The notes: generated from the letters alone by a model not told the origin. A stretch of DNA of 32,000 nucleotides from an uncultured Candidatus Saccharibacteria bacterium (GCA_964543385.1 CAZIYE010000001.1:210001-242000); one strand, 5' to 3'; counted from the stretch's first letter, positions 14,539 to 23,872 are shown. Numbers and translations are program-made.

Positions 14539-14820
14539 TTATAGGTTCTTTATTTTTTCCTGTGTCTTTACTGCTATTGTATGTAAAAATTCAAACAACT
14601 CCCCTGCTTCTGCCTCCGATAAACCAATTTTCCGAGCAAATTCTAACCTTTTTGCCAAAACATTTTTTTTCCTATCCGAATCAATTATCGGTAAAGCAAA
14701 ATTTTTCTTGAATTCCCCAATTTGGCTAGCAATTTCAATCCGCTCCAACAAAAGTTTGAGCATCTTCTCGTCAACTTCATCTATCCTGAGCCGCAACTCG
14801 CTTAATACTTTGTTTTCCAT
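14539..14820 (-). CDS. Chorismate mutase, AroQ class (CM_2 domain only)
   Basis: 93 aa. The sequence LRLRIDEVDEKMLKLLLERIEIASQIGEFKKNFALPIIDSDRKKNVLAKRLEFA matches the AroQ helix-bundle pattern (LR..ID.iD..l..Ll..R......ig..K......i.d..Re..vl.rl). Confidence 0.8.
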   Translation of the reverse strand: MENKVLSELRLRIDEVDEKMLKLLLERIEIASQIGEFKKNFALPIIDSDRKKNVLAKRLEFARKIGLSEAEAGELFEFLHTIAVKTQEKIKNL

Positions 14821-14920
14821 ATTTCTCCAATTTTAATTGATAACTAAATAATACTATTAAAATAGCGAGATTAAAAACAACTCCTTAATAAAGAAGCAAT
14901 TTATTGCTAAAATAGAATAT

Positions 14921-15715
14921 ATGAGAAAATATTTTCAGTATTTCGTCACTGTTCTCAAGGTTAATACAGCATACAAAGCTGACTATTTTTTGAGTTTAAT
15001 TTTAGATGCTGTGTTTTTCTTCATCTCATTTGCGCTCTGGAAGGCAATATTTCAGGAAGGTAATATCCAAACAATTGATACTTATTCATTAAGAGATACT
15101 GTTACTTACTTTTTTATAACCGCAATTCTTTTTCGACTCGATGTCTCCGGCTCCATGTACATGGGCAGCATGATTTGGAATGGATCTTTTACAAATGATT
15201 TAATTAAACCATGGAGAGTAACAGTTGTCACAATAATGGATGTCCTTGCTGAAAAATTTTTTACTATTCTGATGTTCATACCAGTCGCCATCCTAATATT
15301 TTTATCAGCTTATCAATACATTATTTTGCCAGAAATGCCAAACCTGCTAATGTTTTGTGTCTCTGTCATTTTGGCTTTTTTTATGATGATAACCTTCAAT
15401 TTGGTTATTCACGCTCTCACATTTCGTTTTGGTGACCAAGATGCTAATATTGAACTTTTTAACTACATAGCAATTTTTTTAGCAGGTGCAACATTTCCCC
15501 TTTCCTTCTTGCCAGATCGCATCTTTGCAATTTTTAATGCTCTCCCCTTCAAAAATATATTCTTCACTCCAATCCAAATTTTTCTAGGCAAAATGCCAAT
15601 AGACAAAATCTATAGCAGCTGGATAGAAACAATTATCTGGACTATTATTTTCTACCTGATATATAAAATTATTTATCAAAAAGGGTTAAAGCTTTACACA
15701 GGGACTGGGCGATGA
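14921..15715 (+). CDS. ABC-2 family transporter permease (DUF990-type)
   Basis: 264 aa with about 6 hydrophobic helices. Its stop overlaps the next start (ATGA at 15712-15715). It is followed by a paralogous permease and an ABC ATPase. Confidence 0.75.
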   Translation: MRKYFQYFVTVLKVNTAYKADYFLSLILDAVFFFISFALWKAIFQEGNIQTIDTYSLRDTVTYFFITAILFRLDVSGSMYMGSMIWNGSFTNDLIKPWRVTVVTIMDVLAEKFFTILMFIPVAILIFLSAYQYIILPEMPNLLMFCVSVILAFFMMITFNLVIHALTFRFGDQDANIELFNYIAIFLAGATFPLSFLPDRIFAIFNALPFKNIFFTPIQIFLGKMPIDKIYSSWIETIIWTIIFYLIYKIIYQKGLKLYTGTGR

Positions 15716-16515
15716 TTCAACAAATAAAAAAATTTCTTAAAATCAATATGATCATTTTTCGAAATGCTTATATTAGAGATTCCAAAATACCTGGATTGGT
15801 CGCTACCAATATCATTATACAGCTCTTGGACATATCTATCTCCCTCATTTTTTTTGACATTGTTTTTGCCAACACCAAAACTCTGGCAGGTTGGAATCTC
15901 TACCAAGTCATATTTCTATACGCTTTTATTAAATTCATCGCCAGTCTACAAAGCGCATGGACAAAAAAGGGGTTGAAGTCTTTAGCAGTTGAATTAGTGA
16001 GGTTGGGCGATTATGACTTCTTCGCAACAAAGCCATTTGACTCAATGCTTCTGGTATCAATCAGCAAGCCAAGACTTTATTCTTTTATCGCCCTAATTTT
16101 TGAAGTAGGACTGATGATATATGCAGCGTCAAGATCCGGTATTAATATGGGGGCAGAAAATATTTTTTGGTTCTTATTTTTAACTATTTTCAGTATTACT
16201 CTTTTTTACTTCCTAAGCGTTATTACTGTTGTTCCAGCTTTCTGGACAACTAGGCTTTATTCACTCACCGATTTTATGAACAGAGCAATTCAGTTCGCCA
16301 AATATCCAAGCGGAGTTTTTCCCAATCTGTTAAGGACACTGCTCTCGACAGCATTTCCTATTATTATTGTCTCTTATTTTCCTGTCAGGACGCTCTTTTA
16401 TCCACCCCAAATTAGCTATATTATATATATGGTGCTAATCACTTTTCTGTTCGGCTTTGTTGCTAGAAAGTTATGGAGATCAGGCGAAAAAAACTACGGT
16501 AGTGCCTCAAGTTAA
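15712..16515 (+). CDS. ABC-2 family transporter permease (DUF990-type), second subunit
   Basis: 267 aa and polytopic. It is translationally coupled to the upstream permease. Confidence 0.75.
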   Translation: MIQQIKKFLKINMIIFRNAYIRDSKIPGLVATNIIIQLLDISISLIFFDIVFANTKTLAGWNLYQVIFLYAFIKFIASLQSAWTKKGLKSLAVELVRLGDYDFFATKPFDSMLLVSISKPRLYSFIALIFEVGLMIYAASRSGINMGAENIFWFLFLTIFSITLFYFLSVITVVPAFWTTRLYSLTDFMNRAIQFAKYPSGVFPNLLRTLLSTAFPIIIVSYFPVRTLFYPPQISYIIYMVLITFLFGFVARKLWRSGEKNYGSASS

Positions 16516-16524
16516 TTTAAAAAT

Positions 16525-17481
16525 ATGAATATTATATCTGCAAAAAATATCTTTAAGGGATTTACTAAATCAAGTTTTAACTGGAAAAATTTTCATTTTG
16601 ATAAATCTGAGACTTTTGCAGTCAGTGATCTTAGTCTTGAAATTAAAGAAGGTGAATTTGTTGGATTCCTTGGACCAAACGGTGCCGGCAAAACCACTTT
16701 TCTAAAAATGCTCTCTGGTATCATTTACCCAACTTCCGGAGAAGCGCAAGTTTTGGGTTTCACACCGTGGGAACGTAACTTTGATTTCCTGCGTCAAATT
16801 GCTATTGTTATGGGCCAAAAAAATCAGCTTTGGTGGGATTTGCCAGCGATTGATTCGTATAAAATGCTGAAAGAAGTTTATGACATCGATGATAAGAGAT
16901 TCAAACAGAATCTAGACTATATGGTTGATTCTCTTAACATGCGCGATCTTTTGACAAAGAGGCTTCGCAATATGTCTCTAGGAGAAAGGATGAAATGTGA
17001 GCTAGTCGCCTGTTTTCTTCATGATCCAAAGGTTATTTTTCTAGATGAACCGACTATTGGCTTGGATGTTGTTTCTGGTCAAGCAATCAGAACATTTCTC
17101 AAAAATATAAACAAAGAAAAGAAATGTACCATTATTTTGACAAGTCATTATATGGCCGACGTTGATGAACTATGTAAACGTGTTGTTATTATAAATAAGG
17201 GTAAAAAAATTTACGACGGTGATCTGGAAAAATTAAAGACCAAATACGCCCCTGAGAAAAAAATACAGATCTTTCTCTCCTGCCTTGAAGATAGAGAAAA
17301 ATTTGCCCGCATACCTATCAAACAGAAAAAAATTTGGGATGGAAATGGCATTATAACCGTACCGAAAAATAAACTTGGAGATGTAGTGACACAAGTATTT
17401 GATATATTCCCAGCCGAAAATATCACGATCTCCGATCCAGATACGGAAGAAGTTATCAGCAAGATATTTTTAGAAAAGTAA
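16525..17481 (+). CDS. ABC transporter ATP-binding protein
   Basis: 318 aa. It has Walker A GPNGAGKTT, a signature-like LSLGERMK, Walker B IFLDEPTIGLD and the H-loop TSHYM. Confidence 0.9.
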   Translation: MNIISAKNIFKGFTKSSFNWKNFHFDKSETFAVSDLSLEIKEGEFVGFLGPNGAGKTTFLKMLSGIIYPTSGEAQVLGFTPWERNFDFLRQIAIVMGQKNQLWWDLPAIDSYKMLKEVYDIDDKRFKQNLDYMVDSLNMRDLLTKRLRNMSLGERMKCELVACFLHDPKVIFLDEPTIGLDVVSGQAIRTFLKNINKEKKCTIILTSHYMADVDELCKRVVIINKGKKIYDGDLEKLKTKYAPEKKIQIFLSCLEDREKFARIPIKQKKIWDGNGIITVPKNKLGDVVTQVFDIFPAENITISDPDTEEVISKIFLEK

Positions 17482-17551
17482 TAGTTTTAACTAAAGCACA
17501 TTACATTCTTAACAAATTACATTTTTTATAGTAAGGTTTTTATGTAATTAT

Positions 17552-17627
17552 CGGGGTGTAGCGTAGTTGGTAGCGCGCATGGCTGGGGGTCATGAGGTCG
17601 TGGGTTCGAGTCCCGCCACCCCGACCA
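17552..17627 (+). tRNA. tRNA-Pro (anticodon GGG), CCA end encoded
   Basis: The sequence cggggtg-ta-gcgt-agttggta-gcgc-g-catgg-ctGGGgg-tcatg-aggtc-gtggg-ttcgagt-cccgc-caccccg-a-cca folds as a cloverleaf. There is one G-U in the anticodon stem and a T-C mismatch in the D stem. Confidence 0.9.
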
Positions 17628-17691
17628 ATAAAAATATCATTTTAATAAATAGTATTTGACCATTAGCCCTATTTTCGTCTAAAATAATAAC

Positions 17692-18879
17692 ATGAAAATA
17701 ATATTAGCAACTGAAAGTTTTCTCCCAAACGTCTCCGGCGTTGCCGTCGCCACTGAAAATCTTGCGAACAATCTAACTGCTGCCGGACACGAAGTCTACG
17801 TCTTTTGTCCTAGCCGAAATTTCGAATCTCACGTAGATAAGGAATTCAAAAAATACCAAGTTGTCCGATTGAAATCTATAATAAATCCTTTCCGCAAGGG
17901 ATTTAGAATCACTGCAGCATCAAACAAAGAAATGCTAGATAGGGTTAGTGAAATTGCTCCCGATCTTATACATCTTCAGGATCCAGCAGCCATTGGCACA
18001 GGTTTGCGTGACGCCGGTAGAAAACTTGGAATACCGATAGTTATCACCAACCATTTCAGTCTGGAGTATGCTTTGTCCTACGTTCGTTTCCTAGGAATAA
18101 TGATTCCGATTGCAAAAAATACGCTAGTAAAATATTTGGTTAATTTCTACAATAAATGTGATTATGTAGTAACCCCTACTGAGACATTCGCAAAGCAAGT
18201 AAGAAGCTGGGGCGTCACTTCTCCGGTCAAGGCAGTATCTAATGGTATTCTTTTTGACCGTTTCCAAAAGAAATTCACTAAGCAGGATATTGAAAAATTT
18301 CGCGAGAAATATCACCTTCCAAATAACCCTTCGGTATTATACCTCGGTAGAGTCGATAAAGATAAAAGTATTGACGTTTTAGTAAATGCTGCAAAACAGG
18401 TTACCGATAAAGTTAATGCTCACTTCATTATTGCCGGATCTGGCGACGAAATTGATAATATTATAGCGATGACAGAAAATCTTGGGATTCGTAATTTCTT
18501 TACATTTCTAGGAAGAATAGATCACGAGAGTGATGACTTTCTTGAAATTTATAAGTCATCTGCCCTATTTGCGATTCCCTCTACTATAGAAACACAAAGC
18601 CTGGTCACCCTAGAAGCAATGTCGTGCAGTCTCCCAGTAGTTGCGGCAGATGCAAATGCATTGCCGGAGCTCGTTAAGACAAAGCTAAATGGCTATCTAT
18701 TTACACCGTCAGACCATAAAGAGATGGCTGACCATATTATAAAAATAATTCAGAATAAAAAATTAGCCCAGAAAATGGGACAAAATTCTGCTCATATCGC
18801 TTCCGACCATGAAATGTCGCTAGCCTTCGGACATATGCTTGATTTATATAACAATGCTATTTTGGAAAAAAGAAACTGA
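17692..18879 (+). CDS. Glycosyltransferase family 4 (GT-B fold)
   Basis: 395 aa. The N-terminal half is Glyco_transf_4-like (SGVAVATENLANNLTAAGHEV). The C-terminal half is Glycos_transf_1-like with E..(S/G)l..lEAM..g.PVVA (ETQSLVTLEAMSCSLPVVA). It ends in a TGA stop. Confidence 0.88.
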   Translation: MKIILATESFLPNVSGVAVATENLANNLTAAGHEVYVFCPSRNFESHVDKEFKKYQVVRLKSIINPFRKGFRITAASNKEMLDRVSEIAPDLIHLQDPAAIGTGLRDAGRKLGIPIVITNHFSLEYALSYVRFLGIMIPIAKNTLVKYLVNFYNKCDYVVTPTETFAKQVRSWGVTSPVKAVSNGILFDRFQKKFTKQDIEKFREKYHLPNNPSVLYLGRVDKDKSIDVLVNAAKQVTDKVNAHFIIAGSGDEIDNIIAMTENLGIRNFFTFLGRIDHESDDFLEIYKSSALFAIPSTIETQSLVTLEAMSCSLPVVAADANALPELVKTKLNGYLFTPSDHKEMADHIIKIIQNKKLAQKMGQNSAHIASDHEMSLAFGHMLDLYNNAILEKRN

Positions 18880-18882
18880 ACT

Positions 18883-19048
18883 AAAAAAGCTCTGCTCAGG
18901 GTAAATTGGTCTTTTAGAGACAAGTGGGTGACCTCACGTTCTAACCACAGTCAGAACAAATATTAGTCCGAGTCTCGGCTCTGTAAAAACAGAGACGGAT
19001 CCCTTAGTAACAAAAGTGATAGCCCAATTTATGACCCAAGACAGAGCC
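18883..19048 (-). ncRNA. Candidate ~165-nt structured RNA of unknown class
   Basis: A closing helix joins 19048-19021 with 18889-18922: GGCUCUG/CAGAGC, GGGU/ACCC and AAAUUGG/CCAAUUU. On the minus strand it is followed directly by U6 (18883-18888). Internal hairpins: CUCUGU-UUUU-ACAGAG, GUUCU-(10 nt)-AGAAC and GUG.GG-UCA-CC.CAC. A TGtTATATT/TATTAT -10 element at 19055-19065 places a start near 19048. Confidence 0.35.
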
Positions 19049-19147
19049 AAATCCATAATATAACAAAAGAACCTTAATTAAAATCGTAGATATCAACAGG
19101 GTTATTTTTTTTAATAAATTGCAAAAGGCAAACAACAAAACACTTCT

Positions 19148-19176
19148 TTGATAAATCTTGCAATCGCTGGTATAAT
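19148..19176 (+). promoter_or_regulatory. Candidate sigma70-type promoter of the 730-aa gene
   Basis: TTGATA (19148-19153), a 17-nt spacer, then TATAAT (19171-19176), 24 nt upstream of ATG 19200. Confidence 0.55.
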
Positions 19177-19199
19177 TACAGTTAAACAAGAATATTATA

Positions 19200-21392
19200 A
19201 TGAATAAACCCCAACTTTTTGTTAAATCAGCCTGCCTGATTACCCAGGAAAAGTTAGATAGAAGAGAACTCGCTTGTGGAAAATTTCAGAGCGAGCTAAC
19301 ATCTGACAATTTTTTATTTTATCTTATAGAATTGAATTTTTGCTACCCGAACTCAAAAGTTGTAAAAAAGATTACGCAGATTATAGAGAACAATTGCAAA
19401 ACATCTGGCGATACCATATCAGAAGAAATATTTGAGAAAATTCTTCAAAATATAAATGAAGGACTTGGACGATTATCCGAATCAGGCGAGAATGCTTGGC
19501 TCGGTAATTTAAATGCAATTATTGGCCTGATAGACGGAAAAAATCTATTGATGGCACAGACAGGGAACACTACCGGCTACATATTCCGCAAAAATAAAAT
19601 ATCATCAATAAACGAGAAAAATACCAATACTAGTTTTCATCCGCTAAAGACCTTCATAGATATTACTACAGGTCAGCTCACAAACGAAGATAGATTAATT
19701 TTTGGTAACACCGATCTTCTATCAAGAATATCCCTAGATCGAATAAGAACTATTATAAAAAATGATAACTATCAAGAAGAAACGTTAGAACTATATAGAT
19801 ATCTCAGAAAGAATAAGTCGTTTGATGTAAATGCAGTCTTTATAGGTGTTTCCGATCAAGAAATAAAAGAATTATCCGAAGGATTCAAAGATATTTTGCC
19901 TATCGACGCTCCCGACGAAACCATAAAAAATTTCATTGATAAAATCGTCATCCCTAGCTGGAAGGTTATTTCCTCCGCTACACTATCATCTTCAAAATTT
20001 ATTTTTAATCATTCTAAAAAAGCATTATCCAAGTCACATAGCTATTGGAAAGAAAACCTAGGACCAAGATCTAAAGAGATTATATCAGTTGGAAGTAAAT
20101 CGCTTGCAGGAAATATTTCAAAGATTACAACTAAATTTCCGAATATCCAAGAATTATCATCTTCCAAAAATCTGCCCAAGATAAAGATGAAAACCAATTC
20201 ATATCTCAGTTCAAAGACTAAAAACAAACTATTATCAGCCTTGCAAATACTATGGCAATATACCAAAAATCTTAAATTTTTGTTTTTGAAAAAAAATAGG
20301 AAGTATCTTTATGCAATCCTGATTCTGATATTTCTATCGTTTGGATATATAAAATTAAAACAGAATAACGATAAAAAGTCTGAAAAAGTAAAACAAGTGC
20401 AACTTCTTAATTCCTATGACAAAGCCAATGATGATTTTGCCAAAATTAGAGAAGATATTGCTCTCGGAAAAGATATTGGCAACGAGAAAATTTACGAGAC
20501 TTTGGCGATGGCCGAACGTGCTAAAGAAACTCCAGCAAATGCAGAGAAAGCAGAGAAGCTTGTCAAAGAAATAAAATTATTAGTAGACGAAAAAACTAAA
20601 ACAATTAGATTCTATCCTGAAAAATCCAGCATTTTTGCCGATAAGACACAGTCTATCTCCCTGCTCGGGAATGTAATTTATGGAATAAATGAAGATGGTA
20701 AAGTTTATTCTTTAGATACTAGGGAGAAAAATAGTGCTCTTATAGCCTCTCTCAACAAAGACGCGGGGATACCTATAGCTACAACAATCTCCGGTCAAGG
20801 CAACAAACTGCTTATCACCACCTCTGAGAAACGACTTTTTGCTATGGATATTTCCTCAAAAACAATTGAGGAATCGAAAATTAATGCAGATCCGAACACG
20901 TGGTCTCAGTCGAACGCAATAGCCGCTTATTCATCAAATATTTATCTCCTGGCTTCCGATAACGGCGTTATATGGAAACACACCACAAAAGAGGGAGGAT
21001 ATTCCAAGGGACTCTCATATGTGGACACTAAAAAGATTAGCATCCTTGGATCAGTTGATTTCTCAGTTGATGGCAATATTTATGTCCTTACAAACGAGGG
21101 GTCCGTTGTAAAATTTGTTAAAGGGTCACCAGAATCTGATTTCTCTATCAAAAATATTCCCTTGCCAAATGATAAAATACTAATTCCAAAAAAGATTTTT
21201 ACCGACGAGGATACAAACAGTATCTTTGTCTTAGACAAAAAATTAGATCGAATTATCAAATTTGATAAGTCTGGTGATTTCAGTAACCAATACCTGCTTG
21301 ATGGCAAACCAATAGATAGCTTTGTTGTGAACGCAAAATTACAAAAAATATGGATTCTTTCACAGGGCAAGGTCTACGAAGGAAATCTTTAG
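19200..21392 (+). CDS. Bitopic membrane protein: degenerate PP2C-like N-terminal domain, one TM helix, C-terminal beta-propeller-like repeat domain
   Basis: 730 aa. Residues ~95-215 follow the PP2C strand order (LNAIIGLIDGKNLLMAQTGNTTGYIFRKNKISSI ... DRLIFGNTDLLSRIS ... FDVNAVFIGV), but GNTT replaces GDSR and GNTD replaces SDGL. The TM helix is YLYAILILIFLSFGYI (residues ~369-384). The C-terminal part has repeated units such as G.vY.l..dG.v and NSIFVLDKKLDRIIKFDKSGDF (NHL/YVTN-like). Confidence 0.8.
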   Translation: MNKPQLFVKSACLITQEKLDRRELACGKFQSELTSDNFLFYLIELNFCYPNSKVVKKITQIIENNCKTSGDTISEEIFEKILQNINEGLGRLSESGENAWLGNLNAIIGLIDGKNLLMAQTGNTTGYIFRKNKISSINEKNTNTSFHPLKTFIDITTGQLTNEDRLIFGNTDLLSRISLDRIRTIIKNDNYQEETLELYRYLRKNKSFDVNAVFIGVSDQEIKELSEGFKDILPIDAPDETIKNFIDKIVIPSWKVISSATLSSSKFIFNHSKKALSKSHSYWKENLGPRSKEIISVGSKSLAGNISKITTKFPNIQELSSSKNLPKIKMKTNSYLSSKTKNKLLSALQILWQYTKNLKFLFLKKNRKYLYAILILIFLSFGYIKLKQNNDKKSEKVKQVQLLNSYDKANDDFAKIREDIALGKDIGNEKIYETLAMAERAKETPANAEKAEKLVKEIKLLVDEKTKTIRFYPEKSSIFADKTQSISLLGNVIYGINEDGKVYSLDTREKNSALIASLNKDAGIPIATTISGQGNKLLITTSEKRLFAMDISSKTIEESKINADPNTWSQSNAIAAYSSNIYLLASDNGVIWKHTTKEGGYSKGLSYVDTKKISILGSVDFSVDGNIYVLTNEGSVVKFVKGSPESDFSIKNIPLPNDKILIPKKIFTDEDTNSIFVLDKKLDRIIKFDKSGDFSNQYLLDGKPIDSFVVNAKLQKIWILSQGKVYEGNL

Positions 21393-21473
21393 TATAATAA
21401 ACATCGGTTACGTGACATAAAATGACTATACACTTTAAAAAAAAAGATCAAGCCTTTTCTGATCACTGCTATA

Positions 21474-22034
21474 GTGCTATTAACTATTTATGTCTTGTTT
21501 TGCTATTTCGGAAACCGCAATATTCTCATGCCAAGTCAGTCATCAGACAACTACAACCTACCTCCTCTTGTCGAGGGAACAATCAATAATGCGTTTATCT
21601 CTTTAACTTTCCAGGACTCTACTGATAAAAAAACAGCCAACGAGATTATTGCCGAGTATAGCAAAAGTTACTCTTTCAAAACCGGATTTTTTCAGGATAG
21701 GTCTTGCGATCTATATATTATTCCAAAAACAAATGCACAGTCAGATATTGCTTTTTTGGAGAAGAAATTAAACTTTTATCTCATCGAGGATGGATCACAT
21801 GTTAATCTCAAGAGCAAAGAGATCAGTCAAAGCATTCACGCTGTAATTGATGGCTCGACTTGTGACGAGGTGAAAAATAGATTAGATGCTTTCAATTATG
21901 AGCTATATGATAGCTATTTTACGCCGATATATAGCAACATCGAGGTTCCCAATATTAAAGTCAAAAAAGAGTTGCTAAAAATAATGCAACGCGACTCTCG
22001 ATTCCAAAAAGCAGAATTTGATTATCCTGTATAA
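21474..22034 (+). CDS. Hypothetical exported protein; the true start is probably upstream (ATG 21422) across an A9 frameshift
   Basis: The track ORF starts at a GTG in the middle of a hydrophobic helix. The same frame stays open upstream to 21426 (..TLKKKIKPFLITAIVLLTIYVLFCYF). ATG 21422 is in the +1-offset frame and is joined through A9 at 21437-21445. Confidence 0.7.
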   Translation: MLLTIYVLFCYFGNRNILMPSQSSDNYNLPPLVEGTINNAFISLTFQDSTDKKTANEIIAEYSKSYSFKTGFFQDRSCDLYIIPKTNAQSDIAFLEKKLNFYLIEDGSHVNLKSKEISQSIHAVIDGSTCDEVKNRLDAFNYELYDSYFTPIYSNIEVPNIKVKKELLKIMQRDSRFQKAEFDYPV

Positions 22035-22071
22035 CTTAGAGCTATCGTAAAATGTTTGGCAGCTAGAATAT

Positions 22072-22105
22072 AAAAAATACTCCGTTAACCATTGGAGTAT
22101 TTTTT
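22072..22105. terminator. Bidirectional intrinsic terminator between converging genes
   Basis: The layout is A6, then stem atactcc (22077-22083) against ggagtat (22094-22100), then T5. It lies between the 21474 ORF (+) and argS (-). Confidence 0.7.
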
Positions 22106-22165
22106 ATTAGTTGCCTGTTATATATCAGTAAGGATATTGGTCTATAATGAAGTCATTATCATGTT

Positions 22166-23872
22166 TTACATCTTCTCCGGCGCTTCGATACCACAAATAT
22201 TAAGAGCATTTGCCAGGGCATATCTTGTAGCAAGAATGAGGGATAGACGAGCAGAAGTCAATTCTTTATCTTCCGATAACACCTTGCATGAATTATAAAA
22301 ATCATGGAATAGGCTAGCTAAATTATAGGAAAAGTGGGGGAGAGCCTGTATTTGGAAATTTTCAGCAGTTCCCGTCACAATTTCTGGAAATTTAATTATT
22401 TCCTTTATAAGTGCCAACTCCTTATCACTATTTAATAACTCTAAATTTGTCTTGTCCCTTAAAATCACTCCGGACTCCTCTGCCCTCTTCAAAATACTAC
22501 ATATCCTAGCATGAGCATATTTTATATAAAAAACCGGATTCTTCTCTGAAGTATCGGCTGCCAGATCTATGTCAAAATCAATTGGCGTATTATTATTTTG
22601 AGAAATAATAAAATATTTAAAAGCGTCAGGATGAACCCCTGCCTCTATCACAGCTCGCAATGTAACAAAGTTTCCAAGACGCTTGCCCATGCTGGTCGCT
22701 TCACCAGACTTTTTTAGTCTCACATATTGATACAAAACAATTTCTAAGTTTTTCGCGGGATAGCCGATAGCATCAAGCGCAGCTTTCATTCGAGGAATAT
22801 GACCAGAATGATTAGCACCCCAAACATCGATTAATTTCCCTTCTCTACCAACTTGATCAAATTTACCAAGATGATAAGCAATGTCATTTGTAAAATATGT
22901 TAGAGTTCTTTCCTCATCGCTTTTTACTAATACTGATTCAGTGTCTGACAGATCTATATCATCGGGACGTTTAAACCATAGAGCACCGTCTTTTTCCGCA
23001 ACTACTCCCCTGTCTTTCAATTCCGTGACCACTTTATTAGGTCGACCATTATTTAAAACTTCACTCTCTCTGGTCCACTTATCAAACTTGATTCCAACCA
23101 AAGCTACATCATTTTTAATATTCTCAATCATTATATCGAGACCTCTTTGTGCAAAAAATTCTATCCTTGCATCATTATTCGAAATCTTTTTAATTTCCTC
23201 AGTAAAACTTACTTGGATTATCTTCGATGTTTCTTCTATATATTCACCGGGGTAGCCACCATCTGGAAACTCAATATCTGGGTCCGTTTTGACTTCATAC
23301 CAATAATGCAATGACTTACCAAATTTGGTTATCTGTCCGCCAATATCATTAACATAAAATTCATCTGTGACTTCATATCCCAAGAACTTGAATAAATTAG
23401 ACAGCGCTAAGCCGATCGGGCCACTTCTGGCATTGCCAACATGCAAAGGACCTGTTGGATTAGCCGAAATATATTCTACATTTACTTTTTTCCCTTTGTT
23501 GATAGTACTCTTGCCATAGCTATCTTTTTCCCTTAAAACATTCTCCAATTCGGCAAAATAAATACCATTCTTGAGAAAAATATTAATAAACCCAGGACCA
23601 GCAATCTCAACTTTTTCAACATCAGGATCTTTTAATAATTCGGATTTGATTGATTTAGCAAGATCTCGAGGATTTTTATATGATTCAACACTTCCGTCGC
23701 CGACGTGAGAATCAGTAATTACTGAAACAGCACGGAAATGAGTCATTGCAACGTTAGTGGCAAAGTCCCCCATTTCCCTTTTTGGTGGCTGATCAATAAT
23801 AAAATTGACCAAGGCATCAATCCCAATATTTTTTAAGGCTATAGTAATTTTATCTTTAATCAATTGTTTCAT
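22166..23872 (-). CDS. argS: Arginine--tRNA ligase
   Basis: 568 aa. It has the class I HIGH-type motif SANPTGPLHVGNARS, a DALR-type anticodon-binding C-terminal region, and the terminal Met typical of ArgRS. Confidence 0.92.
   Translation of the reverse strand: MKQLIKDKITIALKNIGIDALVNFIIDQPPKREMGDFATNVAMTHFRAVSVITDSHVGDGSVESYKNPRDLAKSIKSELLKDPDVEKVEIAGPGFINIFLKNGIYFAELENVLREKDSYGKSTINKGKKVNVEYISANPTGPLHVGNARSGPIGLALSNLFKFLGYEVTDEFYVNDIGGQITKFGKSLHYWYEVKTDPDIEFPDGGYPGEYIEETSKIIQVSFTEEIKKISNNDARIEFFAQRGLDIMIENIKNDVALVGIKFDKWTRESEVLNNGRPNKVVTELKDRGVVAEKDGALWFKRPDDIDLSDTESVLVKSDEERTLTYFTNDIAYHLGKFDQVGREGKLIDVWGANHSGHIPRMKAALDAIGYPAKNLEIVLYQYVRLKKSGEATSMGKRLGNFVTLRAVIEAGVHPDAFKYFIISQNNNTPIDFDIDLAADTSEKNPVFYIKYAHARICSILKRAEESGVILRDKTNLELLNSDKELALIKEIIKFPEIVTGTAENFQIQALPHFSYNLASLFHDFYNSCKVLSEDKELTSARLSLILATRYALANALNICGIEAPEKM

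Noticed and set aside
18877-18879. Alternative genetic code (UGA sense codon, as in some candidate phyla)
   Set aside because: TGA terminates the GT4 gene at a sensible length. The long genes are uninterrupted under code 11, so standard stops apply.
18883-19048. Assigning the candidate RNA to RNase P RNA or SRP RNA
   Set aside because: AGUCCGAG and ACAGUCAGAAC vaguely recall RNase P CR-I and CR-V, but they are on the plus strand, in the wrong order, and within far too short a segment. There is no GNAR tetraloop or GGAAGCAGCC-type SRP domain IV. The class is left unassigned.
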